Shown here: positions 52,484 to 60,676 of the stretch, piece after piece
Layout: the number at the start of each line of letters is the position of its first letter
Numbering within the stretch: position 1 is the first letter of the stretch
From: a virus
Taxonomy: Duplodnaviria; Caudoviricetes
Virus record (IMG/VR): IMGVR_UViG_3300042465_001918
Span: 1 to 63,406 of that record
Length of the DNA stretch: 63,406 nt
Strand: one strand, 5' to 3'
Made by a program: the position numbers and the translations under genes
Notes under the pieces: model-generated
The model's input: the letters and a program-made list of their open reading frames with translations, nothing else
Database searches by the model: none
What the model was told of the DNA's origin: nothing

Positions 52484-53394
52484 TCATGCGTAAATATTTT
52501 GGCTGGGAATTCAAACCCGCACTGACAACCGCCATCCACAAGATGGCCTCTGACCTTTCGGTTCGGAGGGTCAACGTCCAATTCAAAGAGTGGATTCCTA
52601 CGGCGGCTATCAACCGCAACGGGCAGATCTACATCACCAACATCAAGGATGACGCAGTGATGAGCCAGCTTGAGTTGCAGAAATTCACAGGCTTTGGTCT
52701 GCATGAGTTACTGCACCGCAAGTTTACTGACTTCGACCAGATCGACACCAGCAAGTCGCCTTACCTGATTGGTCTACACAATGCCATTGAAGATGCCTAC
52801 ATTGAGAACCGCGCAGTGCGTATGGCGCTGACCGGAAACGCGCAGGGTCTGCTGGGTCTGCTGATCGACACCATGGCGACTCAAGCCCTTGTCGAGGTCA
52901 AGGATTGGGCTGACCCTAAGCAGTACCCGTTCGCCCTCGCCGTGTATGCGCGTAATCACGGTCAAGTGCGCGTACCACTGGCAAAGGGTTTACGCCCAAT
53001 CTTTGATGAGGCTTGCTACCGTCTGAAATCGGCAAACTCCACGCAAGACACATGGAAGATTGCTGAGTGGGTCTACAAGCAACTGATGACCCCGACCCCG
53101 CCAGAGCCGCCCGTTGGCCCAACAGAGCCGCCGGATGGCCCTACAGAGCCTCCAGACGGCCCCACAGAGCCTTCAAATGACGAGGGTGAGGGTGACCCAC
53201 AGGACGAGGCTGACGAGGGCACTGGCGAGGCTAAGACACCGCGCCGCCCCAGCGGCAAGGACGTTACCCCCCGCTCCACTGAGCCTGACGTGGATCTGCC
53301 CCCAGAGTCAAAAAGCGGTGGCGCTACCTCTGAGACCGACATTCGCAAAGAGGGCTACCACGTTGACACAAAGCGCTGGACTATTTCAATCTAA
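52474..53394 (+). CDS. CobT N-terminal-like zincin-motif protein
   Basis: HELLH..FTD, NAIEDAYIE; Pro/acidic linker with PTEPPDG repeats. Confidence 0.7.
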   Translation: MDLIMRKYFGWEFKPALTTAIHKMASDLSVRRVNVQFKEWIPTAAINRNGQIYITNIKDDAVMSQLELQKFTGFGLHELLHRKFTDFDQIDTSKSPYLIGLHNAIEDAYIENRAVRMALTGNAQGLLGLLIDTMATQALVEVKDWADPKQYPFALAVYARNHGQVRVPLAKGLRPIFDEACYRLKSANSTQDTWKIAEWVYKQLMTPTPPEPPVGPTEPPDGPTEPPDGPTEPSNDEGEGDPQDEADEGTGEAKTPRRPSGKDVTPRSTEPDVDLPPESKSGGATSETDIRKEGYHVDTKRWTISI

Positions 53395-53403
53395 GGAGAC
53401 CCC

Positions 53404-54060
53404 ATGATCCCCGCAAAACTTCGCTACGAAATTCGCCAGATGTTTGAGAACAGCGGCACTGAGGAATTCAACATCAACCGCCGCACTGGTTCACTCAACA
53501 TCAACGCCTTGTCAAACATCGGGCACAGTGATCGCCTGTTTAAACGCCGACATGAAGTGGCTGGTGTTGACTCAGCGGTGACCATTGTGCTGGACTGCTC
53601 CGGATCGATGGAACATGATAAGCGCATGCCCAATGCCGTCAATGTCTGCTACGCCCTGCTGACTGTGCTTGCCGCCTCTGGTGTAGCTACCAGCGTAGTC
53701 ACATTCAACCATGTGGTCAGCGTTCTAAAGCCTTGGTCAATGCCAGTGCCGCGCACCAAGGCGTTGCTTGAGTGCGTCTCGCCCAGTGGCAATACGAACG
53801 ATTACGCCGCCCTATCCTACGCTCACGGCATGCTGTTACGCCGCCCAGAGGCGCGAAAGGTTTGCTTTGTCCTGACTGATGGCGAGGGCGACCCTGATGC
53901 TACCCGCGCACAGTGCCTGTCCGGTGCAAAGCTGGGCGTGACAACGATAGGGGTTGGCATTCTGGAGGGCGTGGGCCATGTGTATCCCAACGCTGTCTAC
54001 GTCAACAATGTTGAAGACCTTGGAACAGTGGCATTCAACAAACTAAAACTTGCGGCTTGA
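53404..54060 (+). CDS. von Willebrand factor A domain protein
   Basis: MIDAS DCSGSM, T, LTDG; IGVGI. Confidence 0.88.
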   Translation: MIPAKLRYEIRQMFENSGTEEFNINRRTGSLNINALSNIGHSDRLFKRRHEVAGVDSAVTIVLDCSGSMEHDKRMPNAVNVCYALLTVLAASGVATSVVTFNHVVSVLKPWSMPVPRTKALLECVSPSGNTNDYAALSYAHGMLLRRPEARKVCFVLTDGEGDPDATRAQCLSGAKLGVTTIGVGILEGVGHVYPNAVYVNNVEDLGTVAFNKLKLAA

Positions 54061-54083
54061 GCCGCGCAACTAGGAGAAGACGA

Positions 54084-54254
54084 ATGAGCAAGGTAACCAT
54101 ATCCAAGGGCGTGATCGAAAATCACATTGACGATCTGCTCAACAGATTGCAATCCGCTATACAGGGAACGCCCCTCATAAAACGTGAGTTAGAAGTTATG
54201 CAAGAGATGCTCTGGCGCGTCAAGCACTACATCGACCAAGGAGAGGGCAAATGA
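54084..54254 (+). CDS. Hypothetical protein
   Basis: RBS AGGAG. Confidence 0.5.
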   Translation: MSKVTISKGVIENHIDDLLNRLQSAIQGTPLIKRELEVMQEMLWRVKHYIDQGEGK

Positions 54255-54433
54255 AGACTTATCAAATCGAATTGAAACGCACCAGCTACGTCAACCTCAC
54301 CGTGGAGGCCGACTCTGTGGAGGAGGCAGAAGAACTGGCATGGGATGAGTTGCAATCGGACGGGTCTTATGGCTTGACCTATGCGGACTGGGAGATCGAA
54401 TCCATCGAACTAGATCAAGGAGAGACGGCATGA
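54251..54433 (+). CDS. Small acidic phage protein
   Basis: VEADSVEEAEELA motif. Confidence 0.65.
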   Translation: MKTYQIELKRTSYVNLTVEADSVEEAEELAWDELQSDGSYGLTYADWEIESIELDQGETA

Positions 54434-54621
54434 AAACAGGCGATAACATTGTGGTCATCATGGATGGCAAGATCAGAGGCGCGGAAGTTATTGCGGTGCT
54501 GGCTGATGGCAGGATAGAAACATCCCTTAAGACTTATGACGGGGATAACGCGAGAGTGGATCGTCACAAGGCGTTTACCGCATCCGAATGGGATCTGGTC
54601 AAAGGAGAGTTTTATGTTTAA
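54430..54621 (+). CDS. Hypothetical protein
   Basis: RBS AGGAG; ATGA coupling. Confidence 0.55.
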   Translation: MKTGDNIVVIMDGKIRGAEVIAVLADGRIETSLKTYDGDNARVDRHKAFTASEWDLVKGEFYV

Positions 54622-54703
54622 ACGAGAAGACCTGATCACCCGTGTTGTGTTCCTCCTTGCCATAATTGTGGTGGCACTTGATCTTTTGTACTGGAGACCA
54701 TAG
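54614..54703 (+). CDS. 29-aa single-TM peptide
   Basis: MFKREDLITRVVFLLAIIVVALDLLYWRP; RBS AGGAG. Confidence 0.55.
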   Translation: MFKREDLITRVVFLLAIIVVALDLLYWRP

Positions 54704-54934
54704 ATGATAGAACCCGCCACTGATGACCGTACCAATCCCGCTGACGTTTTATACAGCGTTGTTGGTTTGCTTGAGGCATCCAACCTTGACCACGACATGG
54801 TCTGCGCTTTGCTCCACAAGGTGCTTGCCAGCCTCTCAGTCATGACAATAACCCGTGAGGAGTACTTGCAACGCTCTGCACGTTGCTACGATTTAGAAAT
54901 GTTTTTAAACCCGCCACAAAAAGGAGTGCATTGA
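54704..54934 (+). CDS. Hypothetical protein
   Basis: RBS GGAG; abuts previous gene. Confidence 0.5.
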   Translation: MIEPATDDRTNPADVLYSVVGLLEASNLDHDMVCALLHKVLASLSVMTITREEYLQRSARCYDLEMFLNPPQKGVH

Positions 54935-55218
54935 TGATTTTATTATCTGTGATTGACTTGATGCCAGTGATTGATTTACTGCGCGAGGATGAGTTTGTTG
55001 TCACGATCCATGATCGAGGTACCAACGAGGAGGTTAAATTTTGTCTGGCTGTAAAGATTGATGACCCTCTACACCTGTATTACTTGGGCCGCAAGCTATC
55101 AATGTTTTCTTTGGGAGTGCCGTATTACAGCCAAACAGGTCTCGCCTACTTTCCGGCGGTTGAGATCGATGCTGAGTTGTACGAGTACATCTGTGCGGCT
55201 GGTAAAGACGCTGACTGA
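54934..55218 (+). CDS. Hypothetical protein
   Basis: RBS AGGAG; TGATG coupling. Confidence 0.5.
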   Translation: MILLSVIDLMPVIDLLREDEFVVTIHDRGTNEEVKFCLAVKIDDPLHLYYLGRKLSMFSLGVPYYSQTGLAYFPAVEIDAELYEYICAAGKDAD

Positions 55219-55427
55219 CCCGTGCCCTCACTTTGTCAGACAGGCGGGGCTTTTCAGCCATCTTTTGGAACTCCATCAGACCACGCAACTGTTTAAAAAA
55301 GGTGAGCGCTACATCAGGTACAACCCTGCAAAACAACACTGGTGCGTCCTTTCGCACAGTATTAGTCCTCAAGTAAGGGGGCGATACACAACCGTGATGA
55401 GAGCGGTGTTTTATGCGTTGAAATAAA

Positions 55428-55472
55428 GAGGGGGGGGTGAAGCAATGACTTCATCCCCCCCTCCCTTTTTTT
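55428..55472 (+). terminator. Terminator between convergent blocks
   Basis: GAG-G run-TGAAG / CTTCAT-C run-TC stem followed by T7. Confidence 0.7.
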
Positions 55473-55488
55473 GTCTGTACTTGTGCGT

Positions 55489-57189
55489 TTAAACGTCAAA
55501 CGAATCTAGGTTCTCTGTGTAGTTTCCTGCGGTTTTGTTGTAGAGCAGAGTGGTCTCACCCTGCGTCCCGACCCAGCGATAGCGGCACTTCCAGACCGCG
55601 ATCTCGACAAACCGATCCTGCCTGTGGACGGTGATCCCGCAATCGGTCTTTGCCCACCATGCCATCGACCCGCTGATCGACATGCCGTCCGGTCTGGGTT
55701 GCTCGACCCCAGCGCGGTTGATCTTGCTGGGATGGGCGACAAACCATGTGTGTACATCGTGGGTCATGCAGAACTTCTTGACCTTGGTCAGGATGTCACT
55801 GATGGCGTTGGTCTCCGACTTGTCACCCGCTGGCTGATCAATGTAGTTGTACGGGTCAATCACCAGACCCCTGACCCCCATTCTCTTGACGGCGGCTTTC
55901 GCCCTTGTCAGGATCGAATCAATTGTGTTCGGCTCTTCGCCTTGGGTATCGATGAACAGGAAGTGATCCTGCACCCACTTGAACGCATCATCTGCGACCT
56001 GCTTACTCATGCGGTCACGGCCTTCGTAGAACGACTGTAAGCTGTATAACTCCATCAAGCGGGTGATATGGACTTCGGGCTGATTCTCAAAGGAACAGAT
56101 GGCAAACTTCCAATCCGATGACCTTGCGAGGTTGACCATGATTTGGTCAACAAAGTTGGACTTACCGCTGGACGGGTAACCCGTGACCACCGTGAGCTGA
56201 CCCGGGGCAATCGTGTAAACGCTATCAATTGACGGGTAACCCGTGGTGAACCCCTTGCCCGTTCCCTTTGTGTACAGGTCATTTATCTTGTCGAGGTAGG
56301 AGTTGGCCTCTGAAATGCCGTTGATGGGGTAAGGCTCGGCCTCATCGATTATCTTGTTTAAACGCTCTACTGGCGCGTCGTCGAGCGTCGGGTTGTCGTC
56401 GAGCCAAGCCTCGTTTAAATCCTTCCACGCGAACTTGGCAAGGCGGCATTTCTCTTTGCCAATCCTTCGGGACAACTCCTCCGCCAGCGCTTGACCAGCA
56501 GGGTCTTGGTCTGTGGCGAGAATCACGTAGGGGGCGGCATCGATGATCTCCCGCGCATTCCATACGAATCCAAACTTCTTGTCCTCGCTGGGCAGGACTT
56601 TGCCGTCCGCAACCTTGACGGGAGCACCGCTCGGGACGCTCACAACGTTCTTGATCCCTGCCTCTATCGCTGTCAGGCAGTCGATCTCGCCCTCGACAAT
56701 GATCAGCGGTTCACCCTTGATGATCGTATCTATCCCAAAAAAATCATGCGCTCCACCTGCGTCTTGGGTGAAATCCTTGGCTTCGATTGACCTGTACTTG
56801 GCTGAGACCAGCGCACCATCTCGGTAGTAGGGAAAGCCAACTGCCTGTGTCGGCTTGCTCAGGCGGGAGAAGAACTTCTCCGCTGAGAACAAACGCATGG
56901 TGTCTGCGGTCTTTTGTGAGATGCCCCTCGACTTCAGAAAATCGTAGTGCAGGGCGGTCAGGCGATTGTTGACGATGGTTCGGGCTGGTACGACTGACAA
57001 TTGGGTCTCCTTGGGTTGCACAGAACCCGCCGCATAGCAATGATGGCAGTGGTACACAACCGCCCCGTCATCCTTGCGGGTGAGGGTCATGTCCTTGAGG
57101 TTTTGTTTTCTGCGGGTGGGGGTGCAAAAGGGGCAGATGACCCTTGTCGAATCGTTGAAACGGGTCTCAGCGACCAGAACTTCGATCAT
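55489..57189 (-). CDS. DNA primase-helicase (T7 gp4/Twinkle-like)
   Basis: CPFC..CHHC zinc finger; Toprim EGEID and DQD; GYPSSGKS; VIDP; VAHPSK. Confidence 0.92.
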   Translation of the reverse strand: MIEVLVAETRFNDSTRVICPFCTPTRRKQNLKDMTLTRKDDGAVVYHCHHCYAAGSVQPKETQLSVVPARTIVNNRLTALHYDFLKSRGISQKTADTMRLFSAEKFFSRLSKPTQAVGFPYYRDGALVSAKYRSIEAKDFTQDAGGAHDFFGIDTIIKGEPLIIVEGEIDCLTAIEAGIKNVVSVPSGAPVKVADGKVLPSEDKKFGFVWNAREIIDAAPYVILATDQDPAGQALAEELSRRIGKEKCRLAKFAWKDLNEAWLDDNPTLDDAPVERLNKIIDEAEPYPINGISEANSYLDKINDLYTKGTGKGFTTGYPSIDSVYTIAPGQLTVVTGYPSSGKSNFVDQIMVNLARSSDWKFAICSFENQPEVHITRLMELYSLQSFYEGRDRMSKQVADDAFKWVQDHFLFIDTQGEEPNTIDSILTRAKAAVKRMGVRGLVIDPYNYIDQPAGDKSETNAISDILTKVKKFCMTHDVHTWFVAHPSKINRAGVEQPRPDGMSISGSMAWWAKTDCGITVHRQDRFVEIAVWKCRYRWVGTQGETTLLYNKTAGNYTENLDSFDV

Positions 57190-57431
57190 TTAATAGCTCC
57201 TGAAGCAGTGCGTTTAAACGACCTGTTTTCGGAGGCTGGCTTGGCTTTGAGGTTGCTTCTGACGGTAGTGCCGCCTTTACTGAGAGGGGCGATGTGGTCT
57301 ACGTCTTTGCCGTCACCCTTGTGAACCAGACCCTCCCGCTCCAACATCCGTCTGGCCTTGTTTCTCTGCGCCCTTTTCTTTTTAACAGCAGGGCTACCAT
57401 CGTAGGCTTGTTCTTTTTTGTAGTCACGCAT
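57186..57431 (-). CDS. Small HNH endonuclease-like protein
   Basis: DVDHIAPLSKGG...SNL......NRS. Confidence 0.75.
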   Translation of the reverse strand: MRDYKKEQAYDGSPAVKKKRAQRNKARRMLEREGLVHKGDGKDVDHIAPLSKGGTTVRSNLKAKPASENRSFKRTASGAIK

Positions 57432-57624
57432 TTCTTTGCTCCTCTACCGCATCTGCGATACGTGCCATTTGGTCGGCAAGATTGTTGATGGCTTCAGCGA
57501 TCAACATGCTGTGTGCCTCAAGGCCACCAAGCTGAGTGCCGTGCTCCGTTGCTGCCCCGTTGTTTGAAATGATGTGTGCGGCGCGAATGATGGCTTCGGC
57601 AACGCTATTGTTTTCTTCTGTCAA
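57424..57624 (-). CDS. Hypothetical protein
   Basis: RBS AAGGAG; TTG start. Confidence 0.5.
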   Translation of the reverse strand: MTEENNSVAEAIIRAAHIISNNGAATEHGTQLGGLEAHSMLIAEAINNLADQMARIADAVEEQRNA

Positions 57625-57713
57625 TTGTTCTCTCCTTGTGGGTGGGGGTACTCGCTGCGTCTGTTTGCATCACCGAGAACCCCCAGTGCCAGCATCCGCT
57701 TTCCCCCCGAAAC

Positions 57714-57941
57714 TTAAATTCTGACTTGGTTAACAATCCCTGTCTTGCCGCGAGACCAGAGCATGAGGGTGATGCGATTGGCACCAGCCGTCAGCAGTTC
57801 ACTCACGCTGTAAACAGACAGGTTGTGTCTTGGATAGCCCGGGCCAACAAAATAACCATCGTTGCGATAGTGCGGAAGATACGTCACCCCATTGAGTTGG
57901 TAGGCATTGTTCTCTATGCGATCTACAGTGTCTTGTGTCAT
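57714..57941 (-). CDS. Hypothetical protein
   Basis: TYLPHYRN...VGPGYP; ATGA coupling. Confidence 0.55.
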   Translation of the reverse strand: MTQDTVDRIENNAYQLNGVTYLPHYRNDGYFVGPGYPRHNLSVYSVSELLTAGANRITLMLWSRGKTGIVNQVRI

Positions 57942-58147
57942 GCTTGCTCCGGCAGTTCAAGTTCAAGCTGGTCTTCCCTGTAGTCCTCTACATCACACCC
58001 GTCTCTCACGGCATCTATCAGTGCGTCTTGGCTGGCAACCTTGACCGTGATGTTGGTTCTTACAAAATAATTCAATGCTTGGGTTTTAGTTTTAGCCCTG
58101 ATCAGACGGGTGTCTCCGTCCAATGCCTCTACGATGTAAATTCTCAT
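57938..58147 (-). CDS. Hypothetical protein
   Basis: RIYIV...RLIRA...QAL...VASQDAL common phage motif. Confidence 0.6.
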   Translation of the reverse strand: MRIYIVEALDGDTRLIRAKTKTQALNYFVRTNITVKVASQDALIDAVRDGCDVEDYREDQLELELPEQA

Positions 58148-58380
58148 GTTCTATCCTCTGTTGATGTTTGTTGATGACTTGAATTGATCTGCGTTACTTT
58201 GGTTTTGATCTCCTTGTAAATTGACATCAGGGTCGCTTCGCTGACCTTCCAATGCCTGTTGTTTGCGATGATGTCCGAAATCTCTCTGCTTGTTAACCAT
58301 AACAGAGGCTTACGCTTTCTGTACTCCAGATGTTCCCTAAGTTCATCGGCGACAGCCTTGTAATATTCTTTAGTGTCCAT
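58144..58380 (-). CDS. Hypothetical protein
   Basis: ATG after GGGAGG RBS. Confidence 0.55.
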   Translation of the reverse strand: MDTKEYYKAVADELREHLEYRKRKPLLWLTSREISDIIANNRHWKVSEATLMSIYKEIKTKVTQINSSHQQTSTEDRT

Positions 58381-58669
58381 GTACCTCCCGTATAGCCCCT
58401 CGCGGGGCTTTCTGATAATTTTCACCCAAAGACCCCCCTTCCCCGCAACGCAGGAAAGAGAGGGAAGGTGCTTCACCGCTCAGTGAGCATCATCATGCTA
58501 CGGATTGGATACCGTAAGCCCCTCGGCTTGATGATTCGACCAGCCGTGCGGGTTTCTGGGGGTAGTTGCCCCGTAGTCTTGCGACACACCGCATAACCCT
58601 TTTCTTCCGCGCCGTCAGGATGAACGCTTGCTATCGTGCGGAGTACGGCTGGGTGTGGAAGTACAGACG

Positions 58670-58796
58670 AAAAAAAAGCCGTTAGTGAAACCCCGGTGGA
58701 AGAACACCTCAGCTTTGTGGGCTGAAGCGCTACCCCATTCGGGGTCGGGATTTCACTAACGACTCTTTTATCAAACTCGGTTTCCACACCTAGCTG
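58670..58796 (-). ncRNA. Candidate C4/CI-like structured antisense or attenuator RNA
   Basis: 18-bp stem with G-U pairs enclosing two hairpins, then a U run; promoter directly upstream. Confidence 0.5.
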
Positions 58797-58801
58797 ACGC
58801 A

Positions 58802-58854
58802 ACTCTAGCATGTTTTCGGCGACTGTGCAAACTTTCTTGTAGGGACTTACCCTA
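58802..58854 (-). promoter_or_regulatory. Promoter plus 15-bp operator
   Basis: TAGGGTAAGTCCCTA, then TTGCAC-17 nt-TAGAGT (TGn). Confidence 0.6.
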
Positions 58855-58856
58855 AC

Positions 58857-58916
58857 AGACAGAAGAGACAGAAGAGACAGAAGAGACAGAAGAGACAGAA
58901 GAAATTGCTTCTGTCT
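58857..58916. repeat. 9-bp iteron-like array: AGACAGAAG x5 plus one inverted copy
   Basis: Perfect tandem 58857-58901; CTTCTGTCT at 58908-58916. Confidence 0.9.
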
Positions 58917-59093
58917 GAGGTAAGCGTTTAAACGCAACCTTTCGTCAGTTTCGTCAGTACCCAACCCCGGCGTTAACCCCGGCCCATTTGCTATGTTTAA
59001 ACGCACGTCAGCTTCGTCAGTTCCCCGGTCGCGGGCGGCGTGCCTGCTTTTCGTTTAAACTGGCATGGCTCGGTGTGACACCGCGCAGTTGTT

Positions 59094-59537
59094 CTATGCC
59101 TCCTTTGCCCCGGCCTTGTGCCGGGGTTTCTTTTTGGGGGCAACGCAATCAATCCGCTCGATCAGGATCTCAGCCCTTGGGTTCTCTGGGTCAAGCCCCC
59201 AATACGCATGGCGCTCCTTGACCTGCCTGTCGTTCTCATAGATCAGCCCCTGCATCAGGTCGAGGATCAATGACTCATCAAGGTCTGGCCTTCGGCTGGC
59301 ATACCAAATGTGCAGAGTAACCCGCAGGTCGCCCGTCATAAGCGTGGCCAATGGCCTGCATTGCTGTTTAAACATGTCAGAGTAGCTCAGCGCCTTTTCG
59401 CTTTTGATGAGACGGGACACCCCTCCAAACCGCACCAACCTCCGACTGTTGGCTTTTGACGCCGGTTCACCAAAAATAATTTGCACAAGGGCTTGCAATT
59501 GTTGCGTATCATCACTATCATTGAGTTTGTCAGTCAT
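59094..59537 (-). CDS. RusA-like Holliday junction resolvase (true start probably further downstream)
   Basis: GEPASKANSRR; RRPDLD...LDLMQGLIYENDRQV...PRAEILI. Confidence 0.8.
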   Translation of the reverse strand: MTDKLNDSDDTQQLQALVQIIFGEPASKANSRRLVRFGGVSRLIKSEKALSYSDMFKQQCRPLATLMTGDLRVTLHIWYASRRPDLDESLILDLMQGLIYENDRQVKERHAYWGLDPENPRAEILIERIDCVAPKKKPRHKAGAKEA

Positions 59538-59556
59538 AAAAACCTTTGGAGAAAAG

Positions 59557-60423
59557 ATGCAAGTTACGAACGTTCACAACCTGCCAGAGCCACTTGTGAC
59601 TCTAGCACGGAGAGAGTATTACAGCAAGGGGGCTGCTCAGTACAGCGTCACAGAGATCATGTCTCCCCCCAAGATCCGCAGGATGAGAGAGAAATACGAT
59701 GACCAGATCGTGACGGATGTCTCCCAGATGCTGTGGTCGCTGCTGGGTTCTGCCCTGCACGTTGTCATGGAGCGCGGAGAGACTTCCGGATGGATCAAGG
59801 AGGAGCGTTTGTTCGCGGAGGTGGACGGGGTATCCATCAGCGGCGCAATCGACCTCCAAGAGGAGGGGGAGAGCGGGATCACCATCTATGACTACAAGTT
59901 CACATCCGCATGGGCAGTCATGCAAGAGAAAGAGGAGTGGATACAACAGCTAAACATTTACAAGTGGCTGGTCGAGACGGTCAAGCAACGCAAGGTTGTG
60001 GGTCTGAAGATCTGCGCCATGGTCAGGGACTACAGCAAGCATGACCTGCGGGAGGCTTACCCAGCCGCCCCCATTTGCATTGTTGACGTGCCCCTGTGGG
60101 ACAGCGTCAAGACTGAGATGTACATACGGGAGCGTCTGGAGATGCACCGTGAGTCCAAGATGAGAGCGGACTTTGAAGAGGATCTTCAGAACTGCTCCAA
60201 CGAGGAACGGTGGATGTCGGAAACGACATTCGCGGTTAAGAGGGAGGGCCGGAAGACTGCCATCCGTGTTTTTAAAACCATAGAAGAGGCCACCGAACTG
60301 GCTGAGAAGGAAAAAGGATATGTTGAAACAAGACTCGGAGAACCAAAGCGCTGTACTGGAGACTTCTGCGGGGTATCTCAGTGGTGCGCTCAATACCAAG
60401 GAGAGCGCAGTGCTGACGAATGA
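59557..60423 (+). CDS. PD-(D/E)xK exonuclease (repeat copy)
   Basis: Same translation as 249-1115. Confidence 0.75.
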   Translation: MQVTNVHNLPEPLVTLARREYYSKGAAQYSVTEIMSPPKIRRMREKYDDQIVTDVSQMLWSLLGSALHVVMERGETSGWIKEERLFAEVDGVSISGAIDLQEEGESGITIYDYKFTSAWAVMQEKEEWIQQLNIYKWLVETVKQRKVVGLKICAMVRDYSKHDLREAYPAAPICIVDVPLWDSVKTEMYIRERLEMHRESKMRADFEEDLQNCSNEERWMSETTFAVKREGRKTAIRVFKTIEEATELAEKEKGYVETRLGEPKRCTGDFCGVSQWCAQYQGERSADE

Positions 60424-60676
60424 CTTTCGTGGCGGACGCTACATGATTTTTAAAACAAGCGATGACGTATTGATGGGAGAGGTGCTTGCCATCTCCGACA
60501 CCTACGTTCGCTTTCACCCTTGGTCTTTTTTGGAGGGCTGCTTGGATTTAGATCAAGAGAAGTTGCTCCAACTTGCAGACATCAAGGCGTTCCACGCCTT
60601 TAAAGATGTTGTGGATATGGACCACTACTGCGCCACACATTACTGGAACAAGGAGATTTCAAATGATACCAAATGA
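60410..60676 (+). CDS. Hypothetical protein (repeat copy)
   Basis: Same as 1102-1368. Confidence 0.55.
   Translation: MLTNDFRGGRYMIFKTSDDVLMGEVLAISDTYVRFHPWSFLEGCLDLDQEKLLQLADIKAFHAFKDVVDMDHYCATHYWNKEISNDTK

Noticed and set aside
58678-58763. tRNA gene
   Set aside because: No T-loop GTTCRA, D-loop consensus or CCA end; the closing stem is too long.
58857-58901. Possible CRISPR array
   Set aside because: Units are 9 bp with no spacers, and there is no cas operon; the Cas4-like nuclease sits in a recombination module.
58473-59006. 177-aa ORF containing LLSLLSLLSLLS
   Set aside because: It reads through a 9-bp tandem repeat, a promoter and an RNA structure, so it is better explained as non-coding control DNA.
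1-59308. Alternative genetic code, diversity-generating retroelement or prophage integration module
   Set aside because: Genes are intact in the standard code, and I found no reverse transcriptase, template/variable repeat pair, integrase or host flanks.
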